A DNA stretch of 64,000 nucleotides from an uncultured Pseudobdellovibrionaceae bacterium (GCA_964502735.1 CAZCYD010000005.1:54632-118631); one strand, 5' to 3'; numbered from the stretch's first letter, positions 27,983-38,791 are shown. The notes: a model not told the origin generated them from the letters alone. A program made the numbers and translations.

Positions 27983-28916
27983 TCCTTCCGGGGGAATAAT
28001 GGATTCATTTGACGATTTTGAAATGCGCCCACTTACAAAGGGGTTAGGTTTTCACAATAGAAAAAAGCTTGATAATGAAATTGCCGAAGAAGTCAAAAAA
28101 GAGATCCCTAAATCTTCTTCGCAGTTGACGGAGGATCAAGAGCTGCAAGAATTAATGTCTGCCCTTGATAGAGTTTCTAATCGTTTGGCCGTTTCAATGA
28201 CAGATGCAGAACTTAAAGAAAAGCAGATACCTCAAGCGAAGGAGACGGATATTGAGATTGTACATCCCCTCCCTAAGAAGTCTCAATTTTCTACAGTTCA
28301 CATAGAGCCACAAATACCTCTAAAAGAAAATATGCCCCCGATACTAGAGAGAGAAGTTCCTCAGATAAAAAATCAGATAAAAAAAGAAATTTCATATCCA
28401 GATTCAGTTGTAAGGCCTACTATTAAAACTTCAGTTTCTCACCATCAAGCTCACGGTAAAAGAAGGGGATCTGCCGACTCACATTCTGCTCGCCTACAAC
28501 CAGCTGTTTTTAGTTTTAGCGCAGCGATATTAGATACAATGATGGTTTTAGCTGTGGCCCTCATGTTTTTAATAACTTTGTTATTAGTTACAGGTGTTAA
28601 ACTGGCAATGGTGTTTAAGGGAGTTCAAACTGATCTCATGACTCAAGCCAGTATGTTTTTACTCTACATATCCGTGTTACAACTGTATGTGATTGTCTCT
28701 CGAAGTTTTTTTGGAAAAACACTTGGTGAGTGGACCTTTGAGTATCAAATGGGCGATGATAAACAGATTCAGTCGGCTATGTATCCGATACTTGTTTTGT
28801 GGAGAAGCCTTGTCGTTATGGCAACTGGAGTGGTCACTCTTCCCTTGTTGTCGGTAGTTTTCCGAAGGGACCTAGCTTCCTTCTTAACGGGTTTGCAATT
28901 TTATAAAAAAGGTTAA
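27963..28916 (+). CDS. RDD-family-like membrane protein
   Basis: Soluble N-terminal half, then three TM segments with ..AAILDT.. and FGKTLGEW resembling RDD domains. Confidence 0.4.
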   Translation: MDSIFFNPSGGIMDSFDDFEMRPLTKGLGFHNRKKLDNEIAEEVKKEIPKSSSQLTEDQELQELMSALDRVSNRLAVSMTDAELKEKQIPQAKETDIEIVHPLPKKSQFSTVHIEPQIPLKENMPPILEREVPQIKNQIKKEISYPDSVVRPTIKTSVSHHQAHGKRRGSADSHSARLQPAVFSFSAAILDTMMVLAVALMFLITLLLVTGVKLAMVFKGVQTDLMTQASMFLLYISVLQLYVIVSRSFFGKTLGEWTFEYQMGDDKQIQSAMYPILVLWRSLVVMATGVVTLPLLSVVFRRDLASFLTGLQFYKKG

Positions 28917-28918
28917 TT

Positions 28919-29428
28919 ATGGGCACGGTGGTCAGTCGCCAGCAGTTGCTGGAGGTACTCCATTCAATTAGGAACTCAAATGAGGGATCCAATAAGGATT
29001 TGAATAAAGAGTCAAAAAAGGTTGTTTTTACTAATGGTTGCTTTGATATTTTACACATCGGTCATGTTCGCTATTTAAAACAAGCTAAGACTTTAGGGGA
29101 TGTACTTGTTGTGGGAATGAATAGTGACGCGAGTGTGAAGCGCTTAAAAGGTCCGACTCGTCCCATTCAATGTGAGCAAGATCGATCTGAGATCCTATCT
29201 TCGTTGGAATGTGTAGATTATGTTTGTCTGTTTGAGGAAGATACGCCTTTTGAGCTAATCAGAGAGCTATTGCCAGATGTCTTAGTAAAGGGCGGCGACT
29301 GGCCCACTGAGAGTATCGTGGGGTATGAAATCGTACTACAAAATGGAGGACAAGTGTTGTCCTTAGATTTCGTAGAGGGTCGATCGAGCACAGCTATCAT
29401 CAATAAAAGCAAAGACTCTCCAATATAA
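28919..29428 (+). CDS. hldC: D-glycero-beta-D-manno-heptose-1-phosphate adenylyltransferase (RfaE domain II type)
   Basis: [32 protein letters not shown] and VKGGDW. Confidence 0.85.
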   Translation: MGTVVSRQQLLEVLHSIRNSNEGSNKDLNKESKKVVFTNGCFDILHIGHVRYLKQAKTLGDVLVVGMNSDASVKRLKGPTRPIQCEQDRSEILSSLECVDYVCLFEEDTPFELIRELLPDVLVKGGDWPTESIVGYEIVLQNGGQVLSLDFVEGRSSTAIINKSKDSPI

Positions 29429-29500
29429 AAAAATTATTATATAACTCTAGGCTTGTGGGAATCTAGAACTGTGGCACTGAAGTCACTATCAAAGATAGTT

Positions 29501-30385
29501 CTACTTTTTAGAAATATTTAAGAATGGTCGTTTTGTTAGCATAAGGATGCGTCGAGAAACAGATCCCATAAGTAATCTTTTTGTTATGTTCTTTTCCTCA
29601 ACTATTGTAATTATTGTCCAGGCTTTAACCTTGTCTGCGAAGTCTACAACTGTTTCAGGAACAGAGCCCTTTTCTTTTAATTTGTGAAGGCTACCGCTGA
29701 CTCCTTTAGATTTTAATTTTTTTAATAATAGAGGAGCACTCTTTGTACTGGTATTTTTTGAACTTGAGAAAATTCTATTTACTAAATAAGATGGCGCTGG
29801 CTCTACGCAGACAATGTCAACATGGGCGCGCATAGTTTCTGCGAGCCTTATAATTGTTGTAATCTGTGTTTGAGAGTAGAGAAGGTTTTTATCTAAGGCG
29901 ACAACTAGACGAGGTTTTTTTGCCAAATTTTTTAGCTTCAGTTGAGGTTTTATTATCCATACTGGAAGTTTTGCGGTCAATACTGCGGATTCAGCAAAGC
30001 TACCTAGCAACCAACGAGGGCGTCCTTCTTTTTCGTTGCTCATGATCACTAAAACATCACTGTTGATTTTTCTGGCAAATTTGTCCAACCTCTCAGACAA
30101 ATAGTGATTTGAAGATCCCACTGCGCTCAACACTCGAATAGAATCAAAATCAAACTCTCCATCAAGTGTATTTAAAATCTTTTGATGAGCTTCACCCATG
30201 TACTTTGTTTCATTTTTATAAAACCAAGAGTTGGGAACCCCATACAAAGAGGAGTGAAGAATTGATGCTAACGTAGTTTGAGAAAAAACCCCCTGTTTTT
30301 GAAAGAGTCGAATGACATCAATAAAACTTTTCAGATATTTGTCTTTTTTTATTGTTGGACTTATTGCCACTAATGCTTTTTGCAT
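29501..30385 (-). CDS. tandem universal stress protein (USP) domain protein
   Basis: Two halves, each ending in a USP-like G.x(n)LGS....V motif (WLLGSFAESAVLTAKLPVWII; LLMGSVSRRILMLTKRPFL). Confidence 0.55.
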   Translation of the reverse strand: MQKALVAISPTIKKDKYLKSFIDVIRLFQKQGVFSQTTLASILHSSLYGVPNSWFYKNETKYMGEAHQKILNTLDGEFDFDSIRVLSAVGSSNHYLSERLDKFARKINSDVLVIMSNEKEGRPRWLLGSFAESAVLTAKLPVWIIKPQLKLKNLAKKPRLVVALDKNLLYSQTQITTIIRLAETMRAHVDIVCVEPAPSYLVNRIFSSSKNTSTKSAPLLLKKLKSKGVSGSLHKLKEKGSVPETVVDFADKVKAWTIITIVEEKNITKRLLMGSVSRRILMLTKRPFLNISKK

Positions 30386-30432
30386 TTCCGTATAACAGCA
30401 CAGTTTAACAAAATATTCAATTGTGAAGATAG

Positions 30433-31197
30433 TTAGAAGCGTAAACCGAGCTTGCTGCTAAAGTAAGTGTCTGTATATCTGTCTATTTGAGCTGATATAA
30501 ATATATTTGAGTATTCGATATTGATTCCAATAAAGGCTTGATTCATCAGTTGGATCTCTTTCTCTTCGTTTGCATTATTATCAAGAACTCCATTAGGGCC
30601 GCCTAAAAATCTTCCTGTGCCCTGCGCTTTTCCAAGCCCTAAAAAAACGGAAATGTTATCGACGTTTAGACCGGTAATCAGTTGAAGAGCAAAGGTTTCA
30701 TTCACAAAGGTATCTGAAATTCTAATGCTATGACCAGTAGTTGAAACAGAAAAAGTAAGTGGCAAAAATTTAGCTTGGTAAAAACTCCACCTAATCATGC
30801 CCCCATAGGTTTGGATTTTATCTTGGTGATTAAACGGAGCAAAGTTAAAGAAAATATCAACGTCATTATAGAGGCCCTTCCCTAGTGAAAGTTCTATAAT
30901 TGAGACAGAAGATTCGTTATTAGTTGTTTGCTGGCCGAGCAGAGAAATTTCTTTGGTGTTTAATCGAGAGTAACTCGCTCCAACTTCAATTCCCGGGTAT
31001 CCTCCTAGAGAATAAGGGTTTGAAAGAAATTTTGTGCTAGAGGGGATTCCAAATTCTTTAACAATTTTTTGTCTGTCAGTTTTAGATAGACCTTTGGGCA
31101 GTTCTAGAGCCTGAAGGGTATAAGATGTCAGATAGGTGAGAAGAAAGATTATAAGCCTCAAAATAAACTCCTTAGAACAATGTGCAAAAGTATACAC
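30433..31197 (-). CDS. putative outer-membrane beta-barrel protein
   Basis: Signal peptide, alternating amphipathic strands, C-terminal ..LGLRF (terminal Phe). Confidence 0.4.
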   Translation of the reverse strand: MYTFAHCSKEFILRLIIFLLTYLTSYTLQALELPKGLSKTDRQKIVKEFGIPSSTKFLSNPYSLGGYPGIEVGASYSRLNTKEISLLGQQTTNNESSVSIIELSLGKGLYNDVDIFFNFAPFNHQDKIQTYGGMIRWSFYQAKFLPLTFSVSTTGHSIRISDTFVNETFALQLITGLNVDNISVFLGLGKAQGTGRFLGGPNGVLDNNANEEKEIQLMNQAFIGINIEYSNIFISAQIDRYTDTYFSSKLGLRF

Positions 31198-31314
31198 CCT
31201 ACTATTTGATAGAGTCCATGGAGTAAAAGAATCAAACAGGGAAAATCCACCATTTTTAGCAGAAGCGAAAAAAGTTCTTAGACTACGATTTTAGTTTACA
31301 ACTAAGGTTTGAAC

Positions 31315-32433
31315 CTAGACTTTAAGAGATTCATCTATGACTTGAATAGCCTCTTGAATAGCAGAGATAAGATGGTTGTCTTGCAGCCTCAAAACAACAG
31401 CTGAAAGAAGTTCTCGCGTGAGCTCATAATTGCGTTTAATGTTTTCTACTAAGAGATTCGAGGTTTGCGGCGTGTTTTCAGAAGGAATGCCCTGTTCAGA
31501 AGAAGAGTCAGTTACATTCTCTTTCGGTTTTAAATTTTGTTTAGCAGATAGAGCAATAAGATTGGCCGCGAGGAGGCTGGCCGAAGCTTGTTCAGAGTCT
31601 ACAACAATTGACCTTAAAACATTGAGATATTGTAAGTTTTTATATACAGACAACTGCTCTTTTGCCGACCCCTTGACCTTATTAGATTGTCCTTCCGCAA
31701 TTATCGAAGTGAGAAATAGAAAGCTATTATAACTGGGGGTGCTTCCCGCTGCAGTTACAGCCAAGGCATTCATCTCTTCACGACTGTCTTCTGTCATGGC
31801 TGTTAACACTTCATAGAAGGTTGTGGCTGGGATCAGACGACTTTGATAATAGTCAACAAACTGCATAAGTAGCTTATAGTTAGGTTCTACTAGTAAAATT
31901 TTTAGCCACTCATCAGTAGACTGTGGAATTTCTGAGTCTGAAAAGTTGTTGTTAGGAGGGATAGGGCCTCCCCCTCCAGCTACATCTGAATTGGTACCAT
32001 GGTTTTGTGCAGATGTATCTGGAGTGTCATCTGCTTTTTCATAATCCGCGCTGTAATCATCAGTGGTCGTGTTATCTTTAATTTTAACGACAGTTTTTTT
32101 CTTTTTTTTGTCTTTCTTTTTCTCTTTTTTGTTCTTTTCTTTTTTTGAGACTTCGCTAAAGGTGTGATCCTTTGCAAAGCCCGTTTTATCATTTTTATTC
32201 TTGTACAGTACTATAGCTTTTTGCCTGTCACTTTTAAGCTTTGTTGTTGAAGGGTGTTCTTTACTGACATGAAAAGGTTCAAAATCAAAAGCTTTCAATT
32301 CATGACCTTGGATTTCATTGGAGTTTCTTCCCAGAGAGGAATTCACTTGAAAGGACTTAAACATCTGCAAGGTCCCTCCAATTAGGAAGATGGCGGCATA
32401 AATATAAAGCTTTTGTCGATCTCTCATATACAA
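31315..32433 (-). CDS. hypothetical membrane-anchored protein with a Lys-rich segment
   Basis: ORF with an N-terminal TM segment and a KKEKNKKEKKKDKKKKK tract. No family recognised. Confidence 0.45.
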   Translation of the reverse strand: MYMRDRQKLYIYAAIFLIGGTLQMFKSFQVNSSLGRNSNEIQGHELKAFDFEPFHVSKEHPSTTKLKSDRQKAIVLYKNKNDKTGFAKDHTFSEVSKKEKNKKEKKKDKKKKKTVVKIKDNTTTDDYSADYEKADDTPDTSAQNHGTNSDVAGGGGPIPPNNNFSDSEIPQSTDEWLKILLVEPNYKLLMQFVDYYQSRLIPATTFYEVLTAMTEDSREEMNALAVTAAGSTPSYNSFLFLTSIIAEGQSNKVKGSAKEQLSVYKNLQYLNVLRSIVVDSEQASASLLAANLIALSAKQNLKPKENVTDSSSEQGIPSENTPQTSNLLVENIKRNYELTRELLSAVVLRLQDNHLISAIQEAIQVIDESLKV

Positions 32434-32747
32434 CTAAGGGGCAGGATTTGTGCCAAAATGAGATGATATAATTAACTGATATTACTAGCGTTTTTCATTG
32501 AGTCCGCAAATGTATTCAAAAAAGGACTGACAAGTTTTATAAGAGAAAGCTCAATTTTTATAAAAATATTAATAATATCAATATGTTAATTGTTTACTGT
32601 GAAAAATCTTTAGGTGCAAAATTTGTCACATTAGTAAATATTTGCGATATCGCCCAGTTTCTTTTTCGTGCAGCAAGACAATAATGAAATAATGCGAAGC
32701 ATTAAGTTATTGTAACTATTTCCGATATACTGGGCGGAGGTCTATAA

Positions 32748-33074
32748 TTGAAACTGTCTTTAATTGAGCCTTTTGCCGTTCGTCCAGCCCAAGAGAATGA
32801 GGGTGCAGAGGGAGCTAATCCAATAAAAGAATTGATTGTGCCTCGGGTGCAAACAAATGTGGAGACCCAACCGGATTCTACAAATCAGGGGGGGGCTCGG
32901 CAGTCCTCTGTTATTTATTTAGATTTTGTCCGTGAAATGCGGAGTCGTAAAAGAAGAATTCTACAGGAGGGTCAAGGCCTGTGGGTGGCAAAAAAAATTG
33001 GCATTTATCACGACAATCAAGAAAACATGAGCCTCTTAGAACTGATCGGAACCCGCTTGAATAAAAACTATTAA
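32748..33074 (+). CDS. hypothetical protein
   Basis: ORF with a TTG start only. It ends immediately before REP-like copy 2. Confidence 0.3.
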   Translation: MKLSLIEPFAVRPAQENEGAEGANPIKELIVPRVQTNVETQPDSTNQGGARQSSVIYLDFVREMRSRKRRILQEGQGLWVAKKIGIYHDNQENMSLLELIGTRLNKNY

Positions 33075-33080
33075 TTCGAG

Positions 33081-33209
33081 CCCCGGCAACCCCGGCAACC
33101 CCGGCGGTGCCAGGCCCTAATTTGCAAGTTTCGGTCCTGAGCTATCAATTTTTCTGTGGTTTGTGCAAATTAGGGCCTGGCACCGCCGGGATTGCCGGGG
33201 TTGCCGGGG
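33081..33209. repeat. REP-like palindrome, copy 2
   Basis: 46-nt arms 33081-33126 and 33164-33209 with one mismatch and a 37-nt loop. The core is GGTGCCAGGCCCTAATTTGCA, flanked by (CCCCGGCAA)x2-3. Confidence 0.85.
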
Positions 33210-33246
33210 TTGGTGCCTTTTTTTAGATCTTTTTTTAGGTTGAGAC

Positions 33247-33273
33247 TTAAGTAATAACGCGATGCGCCGATAA
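33247..33273 (+). promoter_or_regulatory. sigma-28 promoter, flagellin 1
   Basis: TTAAGTAA-N11-GCCGATAA. Confidence 0.7.
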
Positions 33274-33339
33274 GCCTTTTGACTACTGAAATGAAACTGT
33301 CTGTGGGCCCTTTTTCCTGTGGGAAGGAGAGGTGCTTCA

Positions 33340-34170
33340 ATGGCTTTTAGAATACAATCGGGGACGGCTTCCATAGCGGCCCAGAGGTATCTTAGCAAGT
33401 CTCAGAATCAAGTTGAGACATCACTAAAAAAACTTTCTTCAGGCTCTCGCACTGTTAACGCTGGTAGCGATGCCGCAGGCTTTGCGATTGCAGAAGGTCT
33501 TCGTGGACAAGTGAGGGGTCTAAAGCAAGCTGAACAAAACGCTCAGACAGCCTTAGCATTTGTGCAGACAGCTGAGGGGGGATTAAATGAACAGAATAAC
33601 ATTCTGATAAGGTTGCGTGAACTGGCTGTTCAGTCTGCAAGTGACACCATTGGAGACACCGAGCGAGCTTTTGTAGATAAAGAATTCCAACAGCTTATAG
33701 CAGAGTTTGATCGCATAGCTCAGTCGACAAGGTTTGGTAACAGACAGTTGCTAACAGGCTCGGGGGAGGATTTTGAGTTTCACGTAGGGTCTACAAAAGG
33801 CTCGGACAGTATTATTAAATTCTCTCTCCATGCCAATACAACGGCAGATGAAGTGGAAATTGACGGTTTAGATGTCAGAGATCAAGACGAAGCAAGAGAA
33901 GCTTTGTCGGATATTGACTCAGCTCTATTAAAGTTGGCAGATGCGAGATCTACATTTGGAGCTGTTCAATCTCGATTCCAGTTCGCCATTGATAACTTGT
34001 CGGTCCAACAGCAGAATCTAGAAGAAGCTCGATCAATCATTGCTGATGTAGATGTTGCAGAGGAGATCAGCAATTTAACTAAGCATCAGATTTTACAGGA
34101 TATTGGAGTCTCAGTTTTGGCTCAGGCCAATGCTACTCCACAGCGAGCATTAAAACTGATTAATTCGTAA
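33340..34170 (+). CDS. fliC: flagellin (paralog 1, divergent)
   Basis: MAFRIQSG.ASIAAQR.L, SGSR...A.DDAAG.AI, LRELAVQSASDT and C-terminal LQDIGVSVLAQAN. ATG 33340 preferred over the track start. Confidence 0.95.
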   Translation: MAFRIQSGTASIAAQRYLSKSQNQVETSLKKLSSGSRTVNAGSDAAGFAIAEGLRGQVRGLKQAEQNAQTALAFVQTAEGGLNEQNNILIRLRELAVQSASDTIGDTERAFVDKEFQQLIAEFDRIAQSTRFGNRQLLTGSGEDFEFHVGSTKGSDSIIKFSLHANTTADEVEIDGLDVRDQDEAREALSDIDSALLKLADARSTFGAVQSRFQFAIDNLSVQQQNLEEARSIIADVDVAEEISNLTKHQILQDIGVSVLAQANATPQRALKLINS

Positions 34171-34359
34171 CAGGGCGGGCGATAATTTCTAAATAGGTGG
34201 GGTGTGGGATCCCCACTGTCTCCTTATTGAATTCTTTTCTGTAAATAACCACCGATTTTGTCTCAAATCACGACGGTTCAGTAAAAAAAAATAAAAAAAG
34301 ATTGTTAAATAAAAACAGATACAAGATGCGCTGCGTTTATCAAAAACTAGACCAAAGCC

Positions 34360-34386
34360 TAAAGTTTCCTAGACCTAGGTCGATAG
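34360..34386 (+). promoter_or_regulatory. sigma-28 promoter, flagellin 2
   Basis: TAAAGTTT-N11-GTCGATAG. Implies a leader of about 235 nt. Confidence 0.7.
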
Positions 34387-34628
34387 TGAGTGTGAACGCG
34401 TTGAAGCTCTTGAGAAGTTTTCATTTCAGTAGTCACGAAATGGTACCTCCCAAGTCCTAGATGCGGCAAAGGGTCAATCACCCCTTTGCCTCATTTACTT
34501 CAACATAAACAATTTACCAGACACGGATTAGTCCGCCGGGGTTTGCCTTATGCTCAGTGGGAACAATTGAGGGGTAGGCTTTGTGGCAGAGCTTTCTGGA
34601 GTGAAAGCCTAAAAATACGGAGGCCAAA

Positions 34629-35453
34629 ATGGGCTTAAGAATAAACACAAACCAAGCGTCGATAGCTGCACAAAGGCAGTTGTCTAAGCAACAAAAGCGT
34701 TTAGAGCACTCGCAAACAGCTCTATCTTCAGGCTCGAGGATTGTTACCGCCAGTGATGATGCTGCTGGATTAACAATTGCTGAGAACATTCGAGGGCAAG
34801 TTGTAGGTATAAGGATGGCGAGGAACAACGCTTACAATGCCCAATCCCTTATTCAGATATCAGAGGGAGGATTGCAAGAAATCAACAATATTTTAATTCG
34901 TTTAAGAGAGTTGGGTGTTCAGGGTGCATCAGACACAGTTTCGGATGTAGAGCGTGAGTTTTTAAATCAAGAAGCTAAACAACTAGTAGAAGAATCTGAA
35001 AGGATTGCTCAGTCTACAAAGTTCGGAAATAAGACATTATTAAATGGATCTGGCGAGGAGCTGGAATATCATGTTGGCCCTTTTGCCGGACCCGAGAACG
35101 TTATCAAATACAGCATTGAGGCTGATGCAACGATTGGAACTCTAGGCATTGATGGAGTCTCGGTAGCAGATAAAGACTCGGCTAAAGATACGTTGAGTTC
35201 TGTTGATGAAGCTATAGTCAAACTAGGTAAGATGAGAGCCGACTTTGGAGCCGTTCAGTCAAGACTAAACATCACAGTTAGTAACTTGGATATTCAAAAC
35301 GAGAATCTTACGGCTGCTCAAGGGCGCATTAAAGATGCGGATATTGCCTTCGAAACAGCTGAGATGACATCAGCTCAAGTCTTACAGCAGGCTTCTATTA
35401 ATGTTTTAGCTCAGGCCAACCAAAACGGAGCCTCAGCTCTTAAACTTATATAA
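34629..35453 (+). CDS. fliC: flagellin (paralog 2, divergent)
   Basis: MGLRINTNQASIAAQRQL, SSGSRIVTASDDAAGLTIAE and C-terminal VLQQASINVLAQANQ. Confidence 0.95.
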   Translation: MGLRINTNQASIAAQRQLSKQQKRLEHSQTALSSGSRIVTASDDAAGLTIAENIRGQVVGIRMARNNAYNAQSLIQISEGGLQEINNILIRLRELGVQGASDTVSDVEREFLNQEAKQLVEESERIAQSTKFGNKTLLNGSGEELEYHVGPFAGPENVIKYSIEADATIGTLGIDGVSVADKDSAKDTLSSVDEAIVKLGKMRADFGAVQSRLNITVSNLDIQNENLTAAQGRIKDADIAFETAEMTSAQVLQQASINVLAQANQNGASALKLI

Positions 35454-35653
35454 GTTAAAAGGAGGAAGGCTTACAGCCCCCGTAGGCCTTCCCATTTGCA
35501 ATAGGCTCTTATTTGTGAGTGTACGTAAGCAAAAATCAGATAAGACAGACTTTTGGATAATTTTTTAACGTGAGTTCTTTTGTTTAAAAAGAACTTATTC
35601 TTAAGAAATTAAGTCTCCAGGCCCACAGACACGATGGAGACTTTTTAAGCCCG

Positions 35654-35687
35654 CCCTGGGGTTATCCCACATGCCCCAGGGTTTTTT
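35654..35687 (+). terminator. intrinsic terminator with no obvious gene
   Basis: CCCTGGGG..CCCCAGGG stem followed by TTTTTT. A second hairpin plus T-run lies at 35612-35646. Confidence 0.6.
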
Positions 35688-35809
35688 AATACGCCACTCT
35701 CTTGCGCATTCCCTGTGAGGACAAACAAAAACAACTTTCTGGCCACGACAGCATCTACAATTTCCAAAGATTGAAGTCTTTGTAGGGTCTTAATTTTCTA
35801 GTAGGCCTT

Positions 35810-36295
35810 TTAGTAGGCTTTACAGTCTAGTGAGTAAACAGGGGTAGGAGCATTGCCAGAAGCTGTGTAATATAAAGAACCCGGAGTTCCTCCGGTTAGA
35901 CCCAGAACATCATGAAAGGCGATTGAGCCGGAGAAGCCTTCAACTTCAATAGAGTCAGGGTCGGTTGGGCCAAAGTCAATTAGACGAATAGACCCATCAG
36001 AATCATGGAGAGTCAAAACTCTGTAGTCAGATAAAAGAACAAGATTTGGAGTTTCTAAAGAGAAGCCTTCCGGAGCTTGCGGAGTTTCGGGTTGGTTCGG
36101 AGTTGTCCAAAGGTACTCAGGTGTAATAATGGAAAGCTCCAATAATCTTTCGTTTTTATCAATCTTTATAAAAGCCTTGGTGTAGTAGTTGTCCTCGCGA
36201 TCCACGCAAAAATACTTTCGTGTTTCAATTGAGTTTTGTCCGCCATTTACAATAGCCGAATAAAATAAAGATAATATGATTATAAAAAACTTCAT
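35810..36295 (-). CDS. hypothetical exported protein
   Basis: Signal peptide MKFFIIILSLFYSAIVNG. Met8 of the track ORF was chosen because GAAGGA precedes it. Confidence 0.45.
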   Translation of the reverse strand: MKFFIIILSLFYSAIVNGGQNSIETRKYFCVDREDNYYTKAFIKIDKNERLLELSIITPEYLWTTPNQPETPQAPEGFSLETPNLVLLSDYRVLTLHDSDGSIRLIDFGPTDPDSIEVEGFSGSIAFHDVLGLTGGTPGSLYYTASGNAPTPVYSLDCKAY

Positions 36296-36641
36296 TCCTT
36301 CACCCTCTTTTTTCATTATGATTACAGACCAATGTTCGGTCTTAGAACTCTCATAGTTGGATTGAATACGTCATGTCAAATTAAGTTCATGCCGGGAATG
36401 GAACTTGTAAAAAGGTGACGCATTGAAGTTTAAGCCTGATAAAATATCTTCAAGGTAAAGAGCTGTTTTTCCAGATAAGAATCACAATAAATACACAATT
36501 GAAATTCCACTTGTCGAATTTCTCACGCCCTAAAGTCCGAGCTTCTTTTACTGGTTAAGAAAATATTTAAAGAAAATTGGAGCCATCACAGACGATAGTC
36601 CAGTTTAATATAGACAATGGTCTAGTTTAGCTAGACTCGAC

Positions 36642-36668
36642 TAAAGTAAACCTAGACCTGGCCGAATG
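36642..36668 (+). promoter_or_regulatory. sigma-28 promoter, flagellin 3
   Basis: TAAAGTAA-N11-GCCGAATG. Implies a leader of about 210 nt. Confidence 0.7.
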
Positions 36669-36883
36669 TATGAGCATGTAAAGCAACACAACTGTTGTTG
36701 AGTAAAGAAGAAGAGACTATGGCTGAGTGATTGCAGACTTTAGTCTTGTTGAGGTCTTTATTCCATCAAGAGTGTTTCAACGCGTTCAACCAAGCACAGG
36801 GATTAGTGCGTTTCAATGAGGGGCAGTAGGTTGCTCCTTTACTGAAAATAAGAGGGAACTTTGTAAAAAATAGGGAGGCCCCA

Positions 36884-37717
36884 ATGGGTTTACAGGTCAC
36901 TACAAATGTTGCGTCTATAAATGCGCAACAACAGCTCACTCGTTCACAGCGAGAGATTAATAAATCTTACGCGCAGCTGGCTTCAGGCAGTCGCATAACA
37001 AAAGCCGCAGATGATGCTGCTGGCTTATCAATAAGTGAAACGCTGAAGTCTACCATTCGTGGATATACTCAAGCTCAGAGAAATGCTAACGATGGCATAT
37101 CTATGGTGCAAGTGGCCGAAGGGGGGCTTGGGGAAATCTCTAATATTTTAACACGCCTTAGAGAGCTTGGTGTGCAGGCAGCCTCAGACACAGTAGGGGA
37201 TACCGAAAGAGGTTTTATAAATAAAGAAGTTCAACAGTTAGTTTCAGAGGTGGATCGTATCGCGGATGCAACCCGCTTTGGAAAAACACAGCTGCTTAAT
37301 GGAACGGGTGATATTTTTTCTTTTCAAGTTGATATTGGCAACGATGACAAAATAGACCGCATTGAGTTTGATTCTAGTCAACAGATTGCCACAGCATCAG
37401 AGTTGGGAGTGGACAGTTTTGACTTTTCAGACAAAGGTGATGCTCAGGCCGCTTTAGAAGTGCTTGAAGATGCACAAAGACAAGTGAATGGCTATAGAGC
37501 AAATTTGGGGGCTATTCAGAATAGACTATTTTCGACAACAGAAAACTTGGGTGTAGCTGTAGAAAATTTTAGTGCAGCTAACTCTCGCATTCGCGATGCT
37601 GATGTGGCGCAATCGAGTTCAGAGTTGACTAGAAACAACATTTTATTAAATGCTTCCATTGGTGTTCTTTCTCAAGCGAATCAAACACCGGCAGCGGCCT
37701 TGAAGCTCGTAGGCTAA
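36884..37717 (+). CDS. fliC: flagellin (paralog 3)
   Basis: Shares long identical stretches with paralogs 4 and 5 (KSYAQLASGSRITKAADDAAGLSISETL, GGLGEISNILTRLRELGVQA). Confidence 0.95.
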   Translation: MGLQVTTNVASINAQQQLTRSQREINKSYAQLASGSRITKAADDAAGLSISETLKSTIRGYTQAQRNANDGISMVQVAEGGLGEISNILTRLRELGVQAASDTVGDTERGFINKEVQQLVSEVDRIADATRFGKTQLLNGTGDIFSFQVDIGNDDKIDRIEFDSSQQIATASELGVDSFDFSDKGDAQAALEVLEDAQRQVNGYRANLGAIQNRLFSTTENLGVAVENFSAANSRIRDADVAQSSSELTRNNILLNASIGVLSQANQTPAAALKLVG

Positions 37718-37954
37718 GTGTGTGCCATATCTAACACATGTGTCACATAGAAGTATGTGTCGTATAAGGGTGTGACAAGATTTAAGGCACCAAAGCACGG
37801 GGTGGTTTAAATAAACCTCTGCAGTGCAGGTATAATATGTATTTGTTTAATAGGGAGGAGTCAGGTCTCCTTCTTCTCCCGGTACTGACCTACCTAGGGG
37901 GCTTTGCCCCCTAGGGTACTTAAAGTATCAATTATATTATTTATTGAATAAGGC

Positions 37955-38209
37955 TTATTGAACTAAGCCCTTTGAGATTAACCATTCGTATTCAGGGTAC
38001 CACAAACTCTCTACAGTGAATGGTTGGCCAGAGTCCTTATCGCGATCTTCATAGCTTAGACATTTTTCAGAAAATACAGCATCAGAGAAGTTTATTTGAA
38101 TTAAAGCCTCTGCACTTACGCAGGCACCCAGAATTTGTAATTGAAGAACAGTAAAAACAAGCAAGTATTTTGATACTTGTCTGTTGGCAAAAAACACCAG
38201 AGCGCCCAC
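37955..38209 (-). CDS. small hypothetical lipoprotein
   Basis: ORF with a possible lipobox ILGAC. Weak. Confidence 0.3.
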   Translation of the reverse strand: MGALVFFANRQVSKYLLVFTVLQLQILGACVSAEALIQINFSDAVFSEKCLSYEDRDKDSGQPFTVESLWYPEYEWLISKGLVQ

Positions 38210-38417
38210 GATCCCCTCCTCTTGTTTCCCTTTTTATTTTCGTTGCTTTGCTTTGCAGTTCTCTCTTGCCAAGAATTCAATCTTTTAGCCTCGGGAGTAA
38301 TTCAGAAAGCTACATCATGAAAAGGCAACAGAGACATGGATTTAACCAAAAGCGTGTAGATTATAATTTGTACAAGGCGAATGAAGCGGTGTTTATGATA
38401 ACTATTGAATAGTTTAT

Positions 38418-38449
38418 AAATGTTTAAATGTTTAAATGTTTAAATGTTT
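38418..38449. repeat. perfect 8-bp tandem repeat x4 (AAATGTTT)
   Basis: Read directly. Intergenic. Confidence 0.95.
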
Positions 38450-38791
38450 TGAAGTGAACTAAAGATAGTCAACTACTAATGGTGAACTACAGAGACTGCA
38501 GAGTAAAGATTCTTCAAGTGTTAGCATTTGTGTCTCTACTTTTTGCGACGTTCGGCGTATTTGGTCAGATTTTGTAAATCATGAAATCTTTATCTTATTT
38601 CACTCTCCATCGATTTTATATGAATTACAATATGTGTATTTTAAACGGAATTTATTGCTGTAGTTGTCATAATGTGAGCTTGTTATAGTCTATTGTTTAA
38701 CATGGTTTTGTCGGAGTCATGTTAACTCACTCAAAATAAAAAAGGGTGTTTACCTATAATGGTAGGTAAATTTTAAATTTAGGAGGTAGTC

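Noticed and set aside
33117-33398. 93-aa minus-strand ORF
   Set aside because: It is a translation of the REP-like palindrome, the flagellin 1 sigma-28 promoter and the flagellin start. The Arg/Pro/Gln-rich product is typical of a GC-rich repeat read out of context.
34514-34828. 104-aa minus-strand ORF over the start of flagellin 2
   Set aside because: It is antisense to an unmistakable flagellin N-terminus and its leader. It has no supporting signals.
38170-38412. 80-aa plus-strand ORF
   Set aside because: It overlaps the start of the opposite-strand small lipoprotein ORF. It has no SD and odd composition. I cannot decide between the two, so I kept only the one with a lipobox, at low confidence.
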